64,000 nt of DNA from an uncultured virus (IMG/VR IMGVR_UViG_3300012277_000001) (IMGVR_UViG_3300012277_000001:1-64000); one strand, 5' to 3'; shown: positions 1-9,621, numbered from the stretch's first letter. Program-made: numbers and translations. Notes: generated from the sequence alone by a model not told the origin.

Positions 1-22
1 CCCGCCCGCCTATGACGGCTTT

Positions 23-466
23 GTGGCCGTCGATGAAAAAGGCAGCGTGTGGCACAATCAATATCCGATCTGCCATACGGGCAGCCAGACCAGTGATGGC
101 CCCAATCACATTTTCAGCCTGAGCGAAAATGGCGAAGAGGGGCAGAAGCTGCTGGCGTGGTTTAAGGCCGAGGAAAAAGGTAATCGTGGCCAATGCCCGG
201 TGCCTGCGTCGATGGCCCGTCTGGATCACGAACTTGCCGAAATTCGCCGTGCAGTTTACCAAATGGAAACGGGCGACCACGGCTGGAATGGGAAGCACGA
301 ACCCCAGCCAGAACGTGCGGCAAAACTTCGGGAGTGGTTGAACCACATTCTGGATTCGTTCGGGCGCCAAACCGGCCTTTCGGTGATCGAAGAGCCGCAC
401 CCCATGCGCGAACTTAAAGGCTGGTATCGCTTCCGTGTGGAAGAGGCGGTGCCCGGTGAAGCGTGA
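23..466 (+). CDS. hypothetical protein (probably 5'-truncated by window)
   Basis: ORF in co-oriented array. Confidence 0.7.
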   Translation: MAVDEKGSVWHNQYPICHTGSQTSDGPNHIFSLSENGEEGQKLLAWFKAEEKGNRGQCPVPASMARLDHELAEIRRAVYQMETGDHGWNGKHEPQPERAAKLREWLNHILDSFGRQTGLSVIEEPHPMRELKGWYRFRVEEAVPGEA

Positions 467-467
467 A

Positions 468-644
468 ATGCAAATTGCATGTGACGACAGCTACGACGCA
501 TGCAATTACAACCAAGCGCATTTTCTGCAACTGATGCAGGAAAAGGGTTATCCCGCTGATCACCCCGACCTGCAATGGGTTCTGACGCATTGGGAATTCG
601 ACGACGCAGGCCCTTGGAAAAAGGAACCCGGCGCAGAACTGTAA
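468..644 (+). CDS. hypothetical protein
   Basis: ATG 1 nt after previous stop. Confidence 0.65.
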   Translation: MQIACDDSYDACNYNQAHFLQLMQEKGYPADHPDLQWVLTHWEFDDAGPWKKEPGAEL

Positions 645-673
645 ACGGAAGATAACGGACGTTGAGGAAGACG

Positions 674-877
674 ATGAACAATTTTCGAAATCACCTTTCC
701 AGCTTTAACGGGCTGGCGGTACAGATGGGCCGGGACACGGTTAGCAACAGTTTTTACGCAGTGACCGACACCGGCCCCGAGCATGACCTGCTGGAACAGG
801 TGAAGCGCCACAACTGTAAACGTTTCAAGCGACACGCTAAGGCGTTTCGATTGCAGCGAATTACCATTTCAATGTGA
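674..877 (+). CDS. hypothetical protein
   Basis: GAGGA RBS before ATG 674. Confidence 0.65.
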   Translation: MNNFRNHLSSFNGLAVQMGRDTVSNSFYAVTDTGPEHDLLEQVKRHNCKRFKRHAKAFRLQRITISM

Positions 878-887
878 TTCATTTCTC

Positions 888-911
888 GTAAGCATCTAGA
901 ACGGTGCTTAC
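888..911 (+). other. intergenic hairpin GTAAGCATC-TAGAAC-GGTGCTTAC abutting an ACTGTAAAT motif
   Basis: 9-bp inverted repeat with one G-U pair. Confidence 0.5.
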
Positions 912-945
912 TGTAAATCAATCCGTGGAAAGTGAGGAAAACGTA

Positions 946-1236
946 ATGACGGCAAATAACGTAGATAAGTGCCAACACGGACAACAGAAGAATCGCTGTG
1001 GACGCTGCCTGATGGTGTGCGAACACGGCGTGGATCACTTCCTTGATGGCGCGTTCTGCGAGGCATGCGAGAAAGCAGAAGAGCGCCGCGAACGTGCGGA
1101 ATGTGACGACTACGACGATTCGTGCGCGAAACACGGAATCGAAGGTTGTCTGGATTGTGGGGCGGAAATGGATCGGCTGGCCGAGCAAGCCCGAGAGCAA
1201 GCAGACTGGAACCACTGGCACCCTGCCGAGGATTGA
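946..1236 (+). CDS. Cys-rich hypothetical protein (repeated CxHG...CxxC motifs, probably Zn-binding)
   Basis: CQHG/CEHG/KHG with CxxC pairs; GAGGA RBS. Confidence 0.65.
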   Translation: MTANNVDKCQHGQQKNRCGRCLMVCEHGVDHFLDGAFCEACEKAEERRERAECDDYDDSCAKHGIEGCLDCGAEMDRLAEQAREQADWNHWHPAED

Positions 1237-1238
1237 TC

Positions 1239-1670
1239 ATGGTGGCCGTAATCGACACGTTTAGCCGCACCTACGACTATCACCGTATGCCGATTCGAAA
1301 AGGGTTCGGCCCCGAGGGTGAAAAGCTGGAAGATTTCCTAGATCATTTCCGGAACGACTACTATCCGGAAACCCGAATCAAATTTGTCGATCCCGGTTTG
1401 GTTTGGCAGGGCTGTCAGTACGACGGTTTTGTGTGCGTCGGTATTTACTGGGTGCACACGCTGACCGAAAAGCACGGCACGGTGCATCAGGCCGTTGGTA
1501 TCATTCACGGCAACGTGCACCATCTGGAACATGCGGCCTTGCGTTGGCTGCGTGAACACCGGCAAAAGAACCCTGACAATTCCGGACGCTGGCCAGAAAT
1601 TCAGGCACAGGCCCCGTATGATCACTGCGTGGTTTCGCCCGTGTTGATTCCAGATGAAGGCATGCTGTAA
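1239..1670 (+). CDS. hypothetical protein
   Basis: GAGGA RBS, ATG 1239. Confidence 0.7.
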   Translation: MVAVIDTFSRTYDYHRMPIRKGFGPEGEKLEDFLDHFRNDYYPETRIKFVDPGLVWQGCQYDGFVCVGIYWVHTLTEKHGTVHQAVGIIHGNVHHLEHAALRWLREHRQKNPDNSGRWPEIQAQAPYDHCVVSPVLIPDEGML

Positions 1671-1931
1671 ATGATCTACTTAACCGCGTTTTGCCTGACG
1701 TTCGTCTACGTTTTTCTGAAAGGGTTCCAGTACAAAAACGTGGTGCACAATAAATGGCTGGGGATGTTCACCACGTCGTACGTCATGAACGTATTCGAAG
1801 TGCTTCAGGTCGGCACTTACGCAAAGATCACGCTGCAAGGTGATTGGTGGTACGCAATAGTTTCCGGAACAGCTGCTGCATTTTCCATCGTGATTGCCAC
1901 GTGGACCCACAACAAAGTTTATAAGAACTAA
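1671..1931 (+). CDS. small membrane protein (similar to 35957 ORF)
   Basis: hydrophobic segments; FLKGFQ motif resembles LLRGFQ. Confidence 0.7.
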   Translation: MIYLTAFCLTFVYVFLKGFQYKNVVHNKWLGMFTTSYVMNVFEVLQVGTYAKITLQGDWWYAIVSGTAAAFSIVIATWTHNKVYKN

Positions 1932-1949
1932 GATTTTCGAAAGGATCGC

Positions 1950-2840
1950 ATGATGCGCCACAAAAAGCTTGTATTCAACGAAGCATTCCACAACTTCGCG
2001 GATACCCTGCTGGCCAAATTCCAGAACACCGACAATCCGAAAGTGCGCCTGATGCGCCAGCAGCTTACCACAACTGCTTCCGATTTCGGTTTCTCCCCGA
2101 TGACTCCCGTACTGCTGCAATCGCTTCGGGATATCATGAACGAAAAAGGCTACAAAATTCAAATCGGGGCGCAAGCGGTTTTCATCAGCCGTAAAATCGT
2201 GACAAACGTTGACCGCGAACAGTGGCCCGCGCTGATCCAGAACATTTGCAAAGTGCTGGATAAACGTTTCATGGAATCCGGTGAAAAACATATTCGACTG
2301 ACACCTTTCCAGTTTCGCAACATCGCAACGATTTGGCCCGACGATAATCCCGATTTCAACCGCATGTGCGTAGAGGCCATGGCCGAGAACGGTTACACCC
2401 TGACGTTCCGGGTTAACTACATCGACCTACGGCCAAAAGGCACCGAAAGCAAGCCCGGCAAAAAGCCGTCTGAGCACACGGTAGATCAGGTGCCGCGTAT
2501 CCGCGTTATGAACGCCCGTCAGTTCCTCCCTATCGCGCTTGCGGGTCGCCGGGTGGGTTGGCGTCAAGGCTACAGCCACGCGCTTCTAATCAACGCGCAG
2601 CACCCCATGGGCGGCGATTCTGCGCTGACCGCTGCTGTGGTTATGGTCCCTGACGCCGTGGTCGATTGCAACGAAGCGGCGCTGACCAATTTCGGCCTGT
2701 TCAACGGCGACGTTGTACTGGTCAACGAAGCGGGGTTGCGCCAGATTCGCGGAGCTACATTGCTGGATGCAGGCAGCGGTCGCCACCACAAGATTTCGGT
2801 GCACGCTATCCCACTGCAAAAAGATTCGAGCCACGATTGA
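1950..2840 (+). CDS. hypothetical protein
   Basis: 296 aa ORF, AAGGA RBS. Confidence 0.8.
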   Translation: MMRHKKLVFNEAFHNFADTLLAKFQNTDNPKVRLMRQQLTTTASDFGFSPMTPVLLQSLRDIMNEKGYKIQIGAQAVFISRKIVTNVDREQWPALIQNICKVLDKRFMESGEKHIRLTPFQFRNIATIWPDDNPDFNRMCVEAMAENGYTLTFRVNYIDLRPKGTESKPGKKPSEHTVDQVPRIRVMNARQFLPIALAGRRVGWRQGYSHALLINAQHPMGGDSALTAAVVMVPDAVVDCNEAALTNFGLFNGDVVLVNEAGLRQIRGATLLDAGSGRHHKISVHAIPLQKDSSHD

Positions 2841-2850
2841 GGAAATCGAA

Positions 2851-3252
2851 ATGAGTAAGCCAGAATTGCACGAACTCGTTGCGTACTTCGAGAACCGCAA
2901 TCGTGATACCGGTGTGTTTCCGGAAATGAAGCTGCACATGCTTCACGCATTCGGACAAGTGTTCGATCACGCGGGTAATTTCCACGCACGTTTCGATCCT
3001 TACTACACCGACCGTACGCTGGAAGATATCGGGACCGGTGAGGATCAGCGCGGCACCGAAAAACAAATTCGTGTAGCGCATTTCCTGTTCGATGAAAGCG
3101 GCGCACTTCGTGAATGGCTTCACGGCCCATTCAATGACCTGCGCCACACGTACACGCCGTCGCTTACCTCGGACGTGGCCAAACTTTATTTCGGTGTTGA
3201 AATGACCCGAATCACTGGCGGTCAGTATCCCGCCGTCTACGCGTGGAAATAA
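2851..3252 (+). CDS. hypothetical protein
   Basis: GAGGA RBS, ATG 2851. Confidence 0.75.
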   Translation: MSKPELHELVAYFENRNRDTGVFPEMKLHMLHAFGQVFDHAGNFHARFDPYYTDRTLEDIGTGEDQRGTEKQIRVAHFLFDESGALREWLHGPFNDLRHTYTPSLTSDVAKLYFGVEMTRITGGQYPAVYAWK

Positions 3253-3253
3253 A

Positions 3254-3745
3254 ATGAGCATTCCTGAGAAAGGTTTCATTCGTCCGCTGGAGCCTATGCG
3301 CCTGCAAATGCTGCGGCGTGAGTGCGGAGAAATGACGTTCGACGAAGTGGTTGCGCTGGCCCAGCAAGCCGACCAGTTCTTGGAGCACATGTCGGTATTT
3401 GATATCGCGTGGAAAAAGTTCAAGCAGGACCGCCGTATCTGGTGGGAATACGCATGGCTGATTTCTTGCGAAGCGGATACGTTCTGCCCTTCTGATCCGC
3501 ATGTCGAGTATCGTGGTTTTCTGGTGGCCTACCCACGCAACCAATCGGTTACGTGCCCGGCTGATTTCGAGGATTGGTTGCATCAGCATGAAGGTGATGT
3601 GTGCGAAGAGTTTTACACGTGGCTTCCCGTGTATCTGCGCCCGGATGAAATCGTTGGCTACGCTTCGAAAATCTACCACAAGCAGCGAGGCATTGACGGC
3701 CACCTGCGAGACTTCGAAATCATGGAAGTTTCCGTAGAAAGCTAA
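3254..3745 (+). CDS. hypothetical protein
   Basis: ORF in array. Confidence 0.75.
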   Translation: MSIPEKGFIRPLEPMRLQMLRRECGEMTFDEVVALAQQADQFLEHMSVFDIAWKKFKQDRRIWWEYAWLISCEADTFCPSDPHVEYRGFLVAYPRNQSVTCPADFEDWLHQHEGDVCEEFYTWLPVYLRPDEIVGYASKIYHKQRGIDGHLRDFEIMEVSVES

Positions 3746-3765
3746 TGACGCCTGTGCTCTAGGAA

Positions 3766-3776
3766 AAACTGTAAAC
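3766..3776 (+). promoter_or_regulatory. AAACTGTAAAC candidate phage promoter motif
   Basis: intergenic copy of recurrent motif. Confidence 0.55.
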
Positions 3777-3789
3777 AAGATCGAGGCCT

Positions 3790-3816
3790 TGCGAACGACT
3801 TGCCCGGTCGTTCGCA
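3790..3816 (+). other. perfect 10-bp hairpin TGCGAACGAC/GTCGTTCGCA in 186-bp intergenic region
   Basis: inverted repeat seen directly. Confidence 0.6.
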
Positions 3817-3931
3817 GCTGGTCACACCCTCAACTCACTGGGCTTGGTCAACCCACACTTTGGCCCACAAATCGAAAAATGGAAACTGCACCTGCTTCAT
3901 TGAGGCACTAGCGGAAACCGAGGAAATTATT

Positions 3932-4147
3932 ATGGAACGTTCTTACGAAATCGTAGATGGCCGCTACGAACCAAAACGCGGTCAAAACATTGCACTGGCC
4001 ATGACCCATGCCGTCGAAGACGTGCCGGTTGGCGAAGTTGCTAAATTCGGGCTGGACCCGTGGCGCTGGGTTGAATTCACCAGCACCGACCGCCCCCGCG
4101 ATCTTTGGGATCGCCTGATGGAAAAAATCAACGAGGAACAAATCTGA
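3932..4147 (+). CDS. hypothetical protein
   Basis: GAGGA RBS, ATG 3932. Confidence 0.7.
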   Translation: MERSYEIVDGRYEPKRGQNIALAMTHAVEDVPVGEVAKFGLDPWRWVEFTSTDRPRDLWDRLMEKINEEQI

Positions 4148-4515
4148 TGCCCCTGCAATTCACCAAATGCAAACGCCGCTTCGATGTGACTGCAAAAGTC
4201 ACCCGCGACCAGCGCACTCTGATGGAACGCACGACTGTTGTATGGGCATTCAGCCCGTCGTTGTTCCACCTGACCGAAGCACTTTGCTCCGAACTGCAAG
4301 TTTATAAATCCCAAGTCGAGGTTTCGATCTTGTATGTACGGGAACATGCATTCGAGGATTATAGCCCGTCGCAGCTGGGCAAGATGATGGCGCAGGAAGG
4401 TTGCTACGGCTTCAGCGATAATCCGTACGCCAACAACAACGATGATCACGCGGCTGCCGATCTGTGGTCTGATGCATTCACGAAAGAAGCAAAATTCCTG
4501 CGCGAGCGTAACTAA
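4147..4515 (+). CDS. hypothetical protein
   Basis: TGATG coupling. Confidence 0.7.
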   Translation: MPLQFTKCKRRFDVTAKVTRDQRTLMERTTVVWAFSPSLFHLTEALCSELQVYKSQVEVSILYVREHAFEDYSPSQLGKMMAQEGCYGFSDNPYANNNDDHAAADLWSDAFTKEAKFLRERN

Positions 4516-4516
4516 C

Positions 4517-4762
4517 GTGTGGGATTACTTGTGGTTTTGGTTTTCAAAATCATTGGTAGAAATGGGTATCGGGTTGACGTTGGTTCTACTGTTCGCGCTT
4601 CCCCTGATACTCCTGCGTCTCAAAGAGTGGGTCAAACAGCAATTCTGTAAACACACGACGTACCGTGAAAACCGGGCATGCCATGGCATCTGCCGTGACT
4701 GCCGCAAAGACCTTGGATTTATCCAACCATTGCGAGAAGATCGCACGAAGAAGGAAGTGTAG
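4517..4762 (+). CDS. membrane-anchored protein with C-terminal CxH..CxxC motif
   Basis: TM segment then FCKH...CRDC. Confidence 0.6.
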   Translation: MWDYLWFWFSKSLVEMGIGLTLVLLFALPLILLRLKEWVKQQFCKHTTYRENRACHGICRDCRKDLGFIQPLREDRTKKEV

Positions 4763-4764
4763 GA

Positions 4765-6825
4765 ATGAGTGATTTCAAACAGCTGGGCCACGCAGTAACG
4801 CACGTTTTCAACTCCATCCTGAAAAAGGATGCAGGTAACAAGAAAAACGTTTTCCTCGTTAAATTCCCCGGCCCCGCTACCGAAGGCGAGCAATCGGAAA
4901 TTTTCCAAAGCACGGGTGATCGCCTGTGGGAACATTACCTGAAGTCGTTCCCCGAAGGCACCAACCCGATGTTCCGCGAACGCACCGAACACGATTGCAG
5001 CACTTGCCGCAATTTCGTTCGCAACCTCGGGGCCGTTGTATGGCTCGAAGAAAAGAAAATCGTTTCCGTGTGGGACGTGCAAGTCGAAGACCCGACCTAT
5101 CAGCATGTCGCTGACGAAATGTCGAAGCTGGTCAAATCGCTGGAAATCAGCGGCCCGTTCATCGTGAGCGAACCCCAATACGGCCAAGCACGCACCACCA
5201 ACGGTCAGACCGGTGAAACGTGGCACCACTTCGAAGGCAAGGTGCCTGCTGCCTACCAGTGGCGCAGCAACCCTTCGGATTTCGTGGGTGAAAAGCGTAA
5301 CGACGTTTCCGGCCTGCGTCGTTCGATTCTGGAAATCTCGGACGAAGCGTGCGAAGTCGTTGGCGAACTGATCGACACCGACAACCTGTACAAAGGCGAA
5401 GAGTACAAGCACAAACTGGCCATGCTGCGTAAAGCAAAACGCGAGTGGGCCAAGCTGAAAACTGATCGCCAGCGTGACGTATGGCTGTGGCTGAATGCAG
5501 GTCCGGGTTCGCGTGTGCATTCCAGCGTATTCGGCACCCTGCTGTTGGATCTGACCAATGGGGACGACCTCGAAACTGCCGTCAAGAAATACGAAGACAA
5601 AACCAGCGGCACCAACTTCCAACGCCCGAAAGCACTGGTAACGCAGCGCATGTTGGACGATGCGAAAAAAGCGCTGAAGAAACTGGGCCTCGAAGATTCG
5701 CTGGAACGTCGCTACGCAGTTCGCGAAGACGTTACCGTAAACGACGTTCTGTTCGTCGATGGTTCCGTGAAACCGAAGCTGCTGGGTGGCGCGCTGGACA
5801 ATATCAAACCGACTGCCAAAGCCGGTGCGAAACTGGATTCCGTGACCGAAATGTCGGCACGCGATTTCCTGAAAAAAGTTCTGCCGAAAGTCGATTCGCT
5901 CGAAGTGTTCGTGCAGAACATGCACCAATCGCGTTTGGTTTCCCTGACCGCACCTGTTCACGCCGACGCGGAGCCGCTGTTCAAATGGGAAAACGGTTTC
6001 TGCTGGTCGTACAACGGCGACGTAACCGACGCGATCAAAGAGCGTGTGAAAAAGGCAGGCGGCAACGTTGAAGGTGACGTGCGCATTTCGCTGTCGTGGC
6101 ACAACGCGGATGACCTCGACCTGAGCGTCACCAAGGGCAACGGCGGCTATGGCAACGAAATCGCGTTCCATTGCAAGCGTGCACTGGGCGGCCAGCTGGA
6201 CGTTGACATGAACGCCCACGGCCCAAGCGATGACAAAAACCCGGTCGAAAACATTTTCTGGACCCGTAAATCGGATATCCAGTCCGGCACCTACAACATC
6301 GTGGTAAACCAATACAGCAAACGTAAAACCTTCGACGTGGGTTTCGAAGTGCAGGTCGAGGTAATGGGCCAGCTGTACACCTTCGAACACCCGCAAGACC
6401 TGAAAGGTAAAGTGGTTGTCGGTAAGCTGCACGTTTCGAAAAATGGCGATATCGAAGTCGAAGGCTTCAGCAAAGGTGCAGGCGTTCCGCAGGAACTGTG
6501 GGGCATTCAAACTGAAGGCTGGAACGCTGTTGATCTGATCACCCGTTCGCCGAACTTCTGGAACGAAAAAGAAGTGGGCCATGAGCACCTGATCTTCGTT
6601 CTGAAAGGTTGCAAAAATCCGGATTCGGCACGCGGTTTCTACAACGAATACCTGCGCCCTGATCTGGCTAAGCACCGCAAGGTTCTGGAACTGCTGGGTT
6701 CGCGTATGCGTGCCCCGTACAGCGAACAACAGCTGTCGGGCATCGGCTTCTCCATGAGCGACCGCGCCGAAATTCAGGTACGCGTGAAAGGCACCATCAA
6801 CCGCGTTTACAACATCAAGTTCTAA
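4765..6825 (+). CDS. large conserved phage protein with C-terminal YfaP/DUF2135-like domain
   Basis: ISLSW..DDLDL..GQLDVDMN..PVENIFW motif; N-terminal HDCSTC. Confidence 0.7.
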   Translation: MSDFKQLGHAVTHVFNSILKKDAGNKKNVFLVKFPGPATEGEQSEIFQSTGDRLWEHYLKSFPEGTNPMFRERTEHDCSTCRNFVRNLGAVVWLEEKKIVSVWDVQVEDPTYQHVADEMSKLVKSLEISGPFIVSEPQYGQARTTNGQTGETWHHFEGKVPAAYQWRSNPSDFVGEKRNDVSGLRRSILEISDEACEVVGELIDTDNLYKGEEYKHKLAMLRKAKREWAKLKTDRQRDVWLWLNAGPGSRVHSSVFGTLLLDLTNGDDLETAVKKYEDKTSGTNFQRPKALVTQRMLDDAKKALKKLGLEDSLERRYAVREDVTVNDVLFVDGSVKPKLLGGALDNIKPTAKAGAKLDSVTEMSARDFLKKVLPKVDSLEVFVQNMHQSRLVSLTAPVHADAEPLFKWENGFCWSYNGDVTDAIKERVKKAGGNVEGDVRISLSWHNADDLDLSVTKGNGGYGNEIAFHCKRALGGQLDVDMNAHGPSDDKNPVENIFWTRKSDIQSGTYNIVVNQYSKRKTFDVGFEVQVEVMGQLYTFEHPQDLKGKVVVGKLHVSKNGDIEVEGFSKGAGVPQELWGIQTEGWNAVDLITRSPNFWNEKEVGHEHLIFVLKGCKNPDSARGFYNEYLRPDLAKHRKVLELLGSRMRAPYSEQQLSGIGFSMSDRAEIQVRVKGTINRVYNIKF

Positions 6826-6858
6826 CCAAAAAACCCTAGATAGAAAAGAGAGAAAACC

Positions 6859-7266
6859 ATGACTCAAGTTACTGCAAACATCTTCGAACAAGCCACCCGC
6901 AAAAAACTGCGCTTCACCACCAGCCGTGGCCCACTGACCGTGGAAGACCTGTGGGAACTGCCACTGACCAGCAAGACGGAACGTCCGAACCTCGACGCCA
7001 TCGCCATCGAACTGCATGAGGCCATCGAGGCGCAAGGCACCAAAAGCTTCGTGAAGGCCGCGAAGAAAGACGAAATCCTGCAACTGAAATTCGATGTGGT
7101 GAAACACATCATCGACGTTAAAGAAGCAGAAAACGCGGCGAAGGTCGAAGAGAACACCAAGCAGGCCAAGCGCGAGCATCTGGACCGCCTGATCGGACAG
7201 GCCGAAGACCGCGAACTGGCGAGCAAAACCCCTGAAGAACTGCGCGCCCTGCGTAACGCTCTGTAA
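6859..7266 (+). CDS. conserved phage hypothetical protein (helical), partner of upstream gene
   Basis: IFEQATRKKLRF..G.LTVEDLWELPL N-terminus. Confidence 0.8.
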   Translation: MTQVTANIFEQATRKKLRFTTSRGPLTVEDLWELPLTSKTERPNLDAIAIELHEAIEAQGTKSFVKAAKKDEILQLKFDVVKHIIDVKEAENAAKVEENTKQAKREHLDRLIGQAEDRELASKTPEELRALRNAL

Positions 7267-7285
7267 CAGCCAGCTGTAAACAGTT

Positions 7286-7320
7286 TGCACGTTCTGACCA
7301 AAAACGTGCACCTTTATTTT
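7286..7320 (+). terminator. probable intrinsic terminator
   Basis: TGCACGTT/AACGTGCA stem followed by CCTTTATTTT. Confidence 0.55.
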
Positions 7321-7364
7321 CTGTACCCAACTTTTTTATAACGGCAACTGAGGAAGTAGTAGAA

Positions 7365-7691
7365 ATGACTGAAATGATCCGTGTGCAAATTTCCGACTTT
7401 TTCGAAATCGGTATTCCACCAAAGGAAGAGCACGTAGAAAACCGCTACGAAAGTCCGCGCCACCAAGCACTGAACAATCTGAACTGGGTGTTCCGCTGCT
7501 GGCAAATCGGGATCATCGGCAGCAAGGAAACGGGCGGCTACGAAAAAGGGGCGCCGCGTCGTGTGGAAACCGCCAAGAAAATTCGAGCCGTTTTCAACGA
7601 ACTACGCCCGCACCTCGACGAAGACGAATGGTACGAATTGTGTAAGGGTTTGGTAGACGAAGAAACCGGCGAACCTTTCGACCTGCAATAA
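7365..7691 (+). CDS. hypothetical protein
   Basis: GAGGA RBS. Confidence 0.7.
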   Translation: MTEMIRVQISDFFEIGIPPKEEHVENRYESPRHQALNNLNWVFRCWQIGIIGSKETGGYEKGAPRRVETAKKIRAVFNELRPHLDEDEWYELCKGLVDEETGEPFDLQ

Positions 7692-7700
7692 GGATCGGCC

Positions 7701-8057
7701 ATGAAACTCAACTGGGAACCCGGTCGCCAAGGCACCGGTTACGAAAAGCTGAAGCTGTTCAACCGCTGGAAGTTTTTCAGCCGTTTCAAGTGGGATTTGT
7801 ACCTGTTGCGCTATCCGGTGGGTTCTGGCATTCCGCTGCACTGCGACCCGGTGCCGGATCACCGTCATTACCGGCTGAACGTGTACCTGTGGAACGCGAA
7901 ATCTGGCGGGGTGCCCCAGCACCACGATTCGATTTGTAGCAATCGCTTTTTCACCTTTTTCCGGCCTGACCTGCATCTGCATGCCGTGTCGCCTGTTGAA
8001 CAAGGCGTGCGTTACGTGTTGAGCTTCGGTTTCGTCAAACGTAATCGTGAGGAATAA
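7701..8057 (+). CDS. 2OG-Fe(II) oxygenase superfamily protein (minimal)
   Basis: LLRYP.G..IPLHCD (HxD), distal LHAVSPV..G.RYVL (H...R). Confidence 0.75.
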   Translation: MKLNWEPGRQGTGYEKLKLFNRWKFFSRFKWDLYLLRYPVGSGIPLHCDPVPDHRHYRLNVYLWNAKSGGVPQHHDSICSNRFFTFFRPDLHLHAVSPVEQGVRYVLSFGFVKRNREE

Positions 8058-8059
8058 AC

Positions 8060-8518
8060 ATGTTTTGTATTGACTGGGATGCGGTGCGCAAGCTGTTGCC
8101 GATCTACGCCTACGAATACGAAGTAGAAGGCGAGATTTCCAGCACCACGAATTACTGGTATCCGCATCAAAATAAAGGCCAGCAACCGCCTGATGGCTGG
8201 ACCGGTATCGAACGCGACGATTCTGATCCGCGCCTGTGGCGTGATGCAGTTGACCAATGGATCAAAACCGTTGTGCGTCCGAACGAAAAGGCAGTTTGGT
8301 TCGACATGGCAACCGGGGATTTCTCGAACACCTTCCGTATCGGTGAACTGCTTAAATCCACGCTCGATGAACTGGATGCTGCAATGATCGGCAAAGACGA
8401 ACTGGCAGAACGAACCAGCACGTGGCGCCTGATCGTTTACCGTGTTGAATCTGGTTCGGACTTCGAGTTCTCTAACCTGATGCGCGTCGTCACCAAACCA
8501 CGCGAGGCCCGTCGGTGA
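8060..8518 (+). CDS. hypothetical protein
   Basis: GAGGA RBS. Confidence 0.75.
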   Translation: MFCIDWDAVRKLLPIYAYEYEVEGEISSTTNYWYPHQNKGQQPPDGWTGIERDDSDPRLWRDAVDQWIKTVVRPNEKAVWFDMATGDFSNTFRIGELLKSTLDELDAAMIGKDELAERTSTWRLIVYRVESGSDFEFSNLMRVVTKPREARR

Positions 8519-8604
8519 TGGGTTTTGGCTTGAGTTGGCCGGATGCGTTCGCAGTGGTCGGCGTGGCATTTGCAGTAGCATTTGCTTTGCGGGCCATGTC
8601 CTGA
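8518..8604 (+). CDS. 28-aa membrane peptide MGFGLSWPDAFAVVGVAFAVAFALRAMS
   Basis: TGATG coupling; single hydrophobic helix; below ORF-track cutoff. Confidence 0.5.
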   Translation: MGFGLSWPDAFAVVGVAFAVAFALRAMS

Positions 8605-8637
8605 ACTTGCCTACAGGTCGCAAAGAGAGGAAAACTA

Positions 8638-8829
8638 ATGCGCGCTGTTTTCATGAAACACCTGAATACTCAAACGCAACGCCCTGAAGTGGTGGCGCTG
8701 GCATCGACCGATAACGCCAAGTATTCGACGGCCCAGCTGCTGGAACATGCTGCCATGATTTTGCGCCAAAAGATTGAGCGCGGCGAACTGAAAGAAGAGC
8801 ACATTTACGAAGTCAATTTGAGGAACTAA
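8638..8829 (+). CDS. hypothetical protein
   Basis: GAGGA RBS. Confidence 0.7.
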   Translation: MRAVFMKHLNTQTQRPEVVALASTDNAKYSTAQLLEHAAMILRQKIERGELKEEHIYEVNLRN

Positions 8830-8831
8830 TC

Positions 8832-9077
8832 ATGGGCATGGAACGTACCCAGCTGGACATTCTGTTCGACGAAAATGGCAACTTGCGCCAAGGCATGAAA
8901 GGTGACGTGCTGTTCGACGGCCTTGGCCACGTCAACGAACCTGTGGCTAAAGCTATCCGTGGGCGCATGCTGGATAACATGCCGCTGGCCCATACCGATC
9001 TGGCCCGTTTGTTTTATGCGGTCGAGGCGCAGAACAAAACCGAACGGAAAACCCCAGCCAAGTTTTTCTGGAAATGA
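8832..9077 (+). CDS. hypothetical protein
   Basis: GAGGA RBS. Confidence 0.7.
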   Translation: MGMERTQLDILFDENGNLRQGMKGDVLFDGLGHVNEPVAKAIRGRMLDNMPLAHTDLARLFYAVEAQNKTERKTPAKFFWK

Positions 9078-9325
9078 CCATGACACGATTCCAAGCTAAC
9101 CGGATCATACATTCCTTCCTCGGCATTTTCGCTTTTGCCATGGGCCAGCTGATGGGTTTTGCCAACATCGGTGCCCCGGACTACGCCAAGAATTATTTCG
9201 GTGAGTGGGCACCAATTTATCTGGTGATCCACATCGGTAGCTTTGCCGTCGCATTCTGGTCCCTGTATACTTTCGTCGGTTGGCTGGCCCACCGCAAGGA
9301 ACGTAACAAATGCGCAAACACATGA
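9074..9325 (+). CDS. small membrane protein
   Basis: two hydrophobic segments; ATGA overlap. Confidence 0.7.
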   Translation: MTMTRFQANRIIHSFLGIFAFAMGQLMGFANIGAPDYAKNYFGEWAPIYLVIHIGSFAVAFWSLYTFVGWLAHRKERNKCANT

Positions 9326-9621
9326 TCATCAAGCTGCGTGGCTCGGGGCGTCAATACTATATCGCGCAAAACGTGACGCGGCGTGAAGCGCGGGTGATGA
9401 ACGTAGAGGGGCCGGGCATGCACCTTTTCAGCGGCTACTGGTACGTGGGTTTTCAACTGCGTCGTGACTTCGGCTGGCCGGGCCTGAACAGAATGCGCAC
9501 CGACTTTCGCCACCACGATGCGTTCGGGAAAGTTATTCCGGTTCCGAAGAAACGTAGCGATTACAAAGTGATCGCCAAGTCCACTCGCAATTCCTATCTC
9601 GTTCGGAAGCTAATGCAATGA
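9310..9621 (+). CDS. basic hypothetical protein
   Basis: AAGGA RBS. Confidence 0.65.
   Translation: MRKHMIIKLRGSGRQYYIAQNVTRREARVMNVEGPGMHLFSGYWYVGFQLRRDFGWPGLNRMRTDFRHHDAFGKVIPVPKKRSDYKVIAKSTRNSYLVRKLMQ

Noticed and set aside
4525..7311. 928-aa minus-strand ORF (also 38362-40314, 41332-42705, 46060-47346, 59235-60770 and other minus-strand ORFs)
   Set aside because: Antisense shadows of codon-biased + strand genes; no motifs or convincing RBS, and they fully overlap well-supported genes
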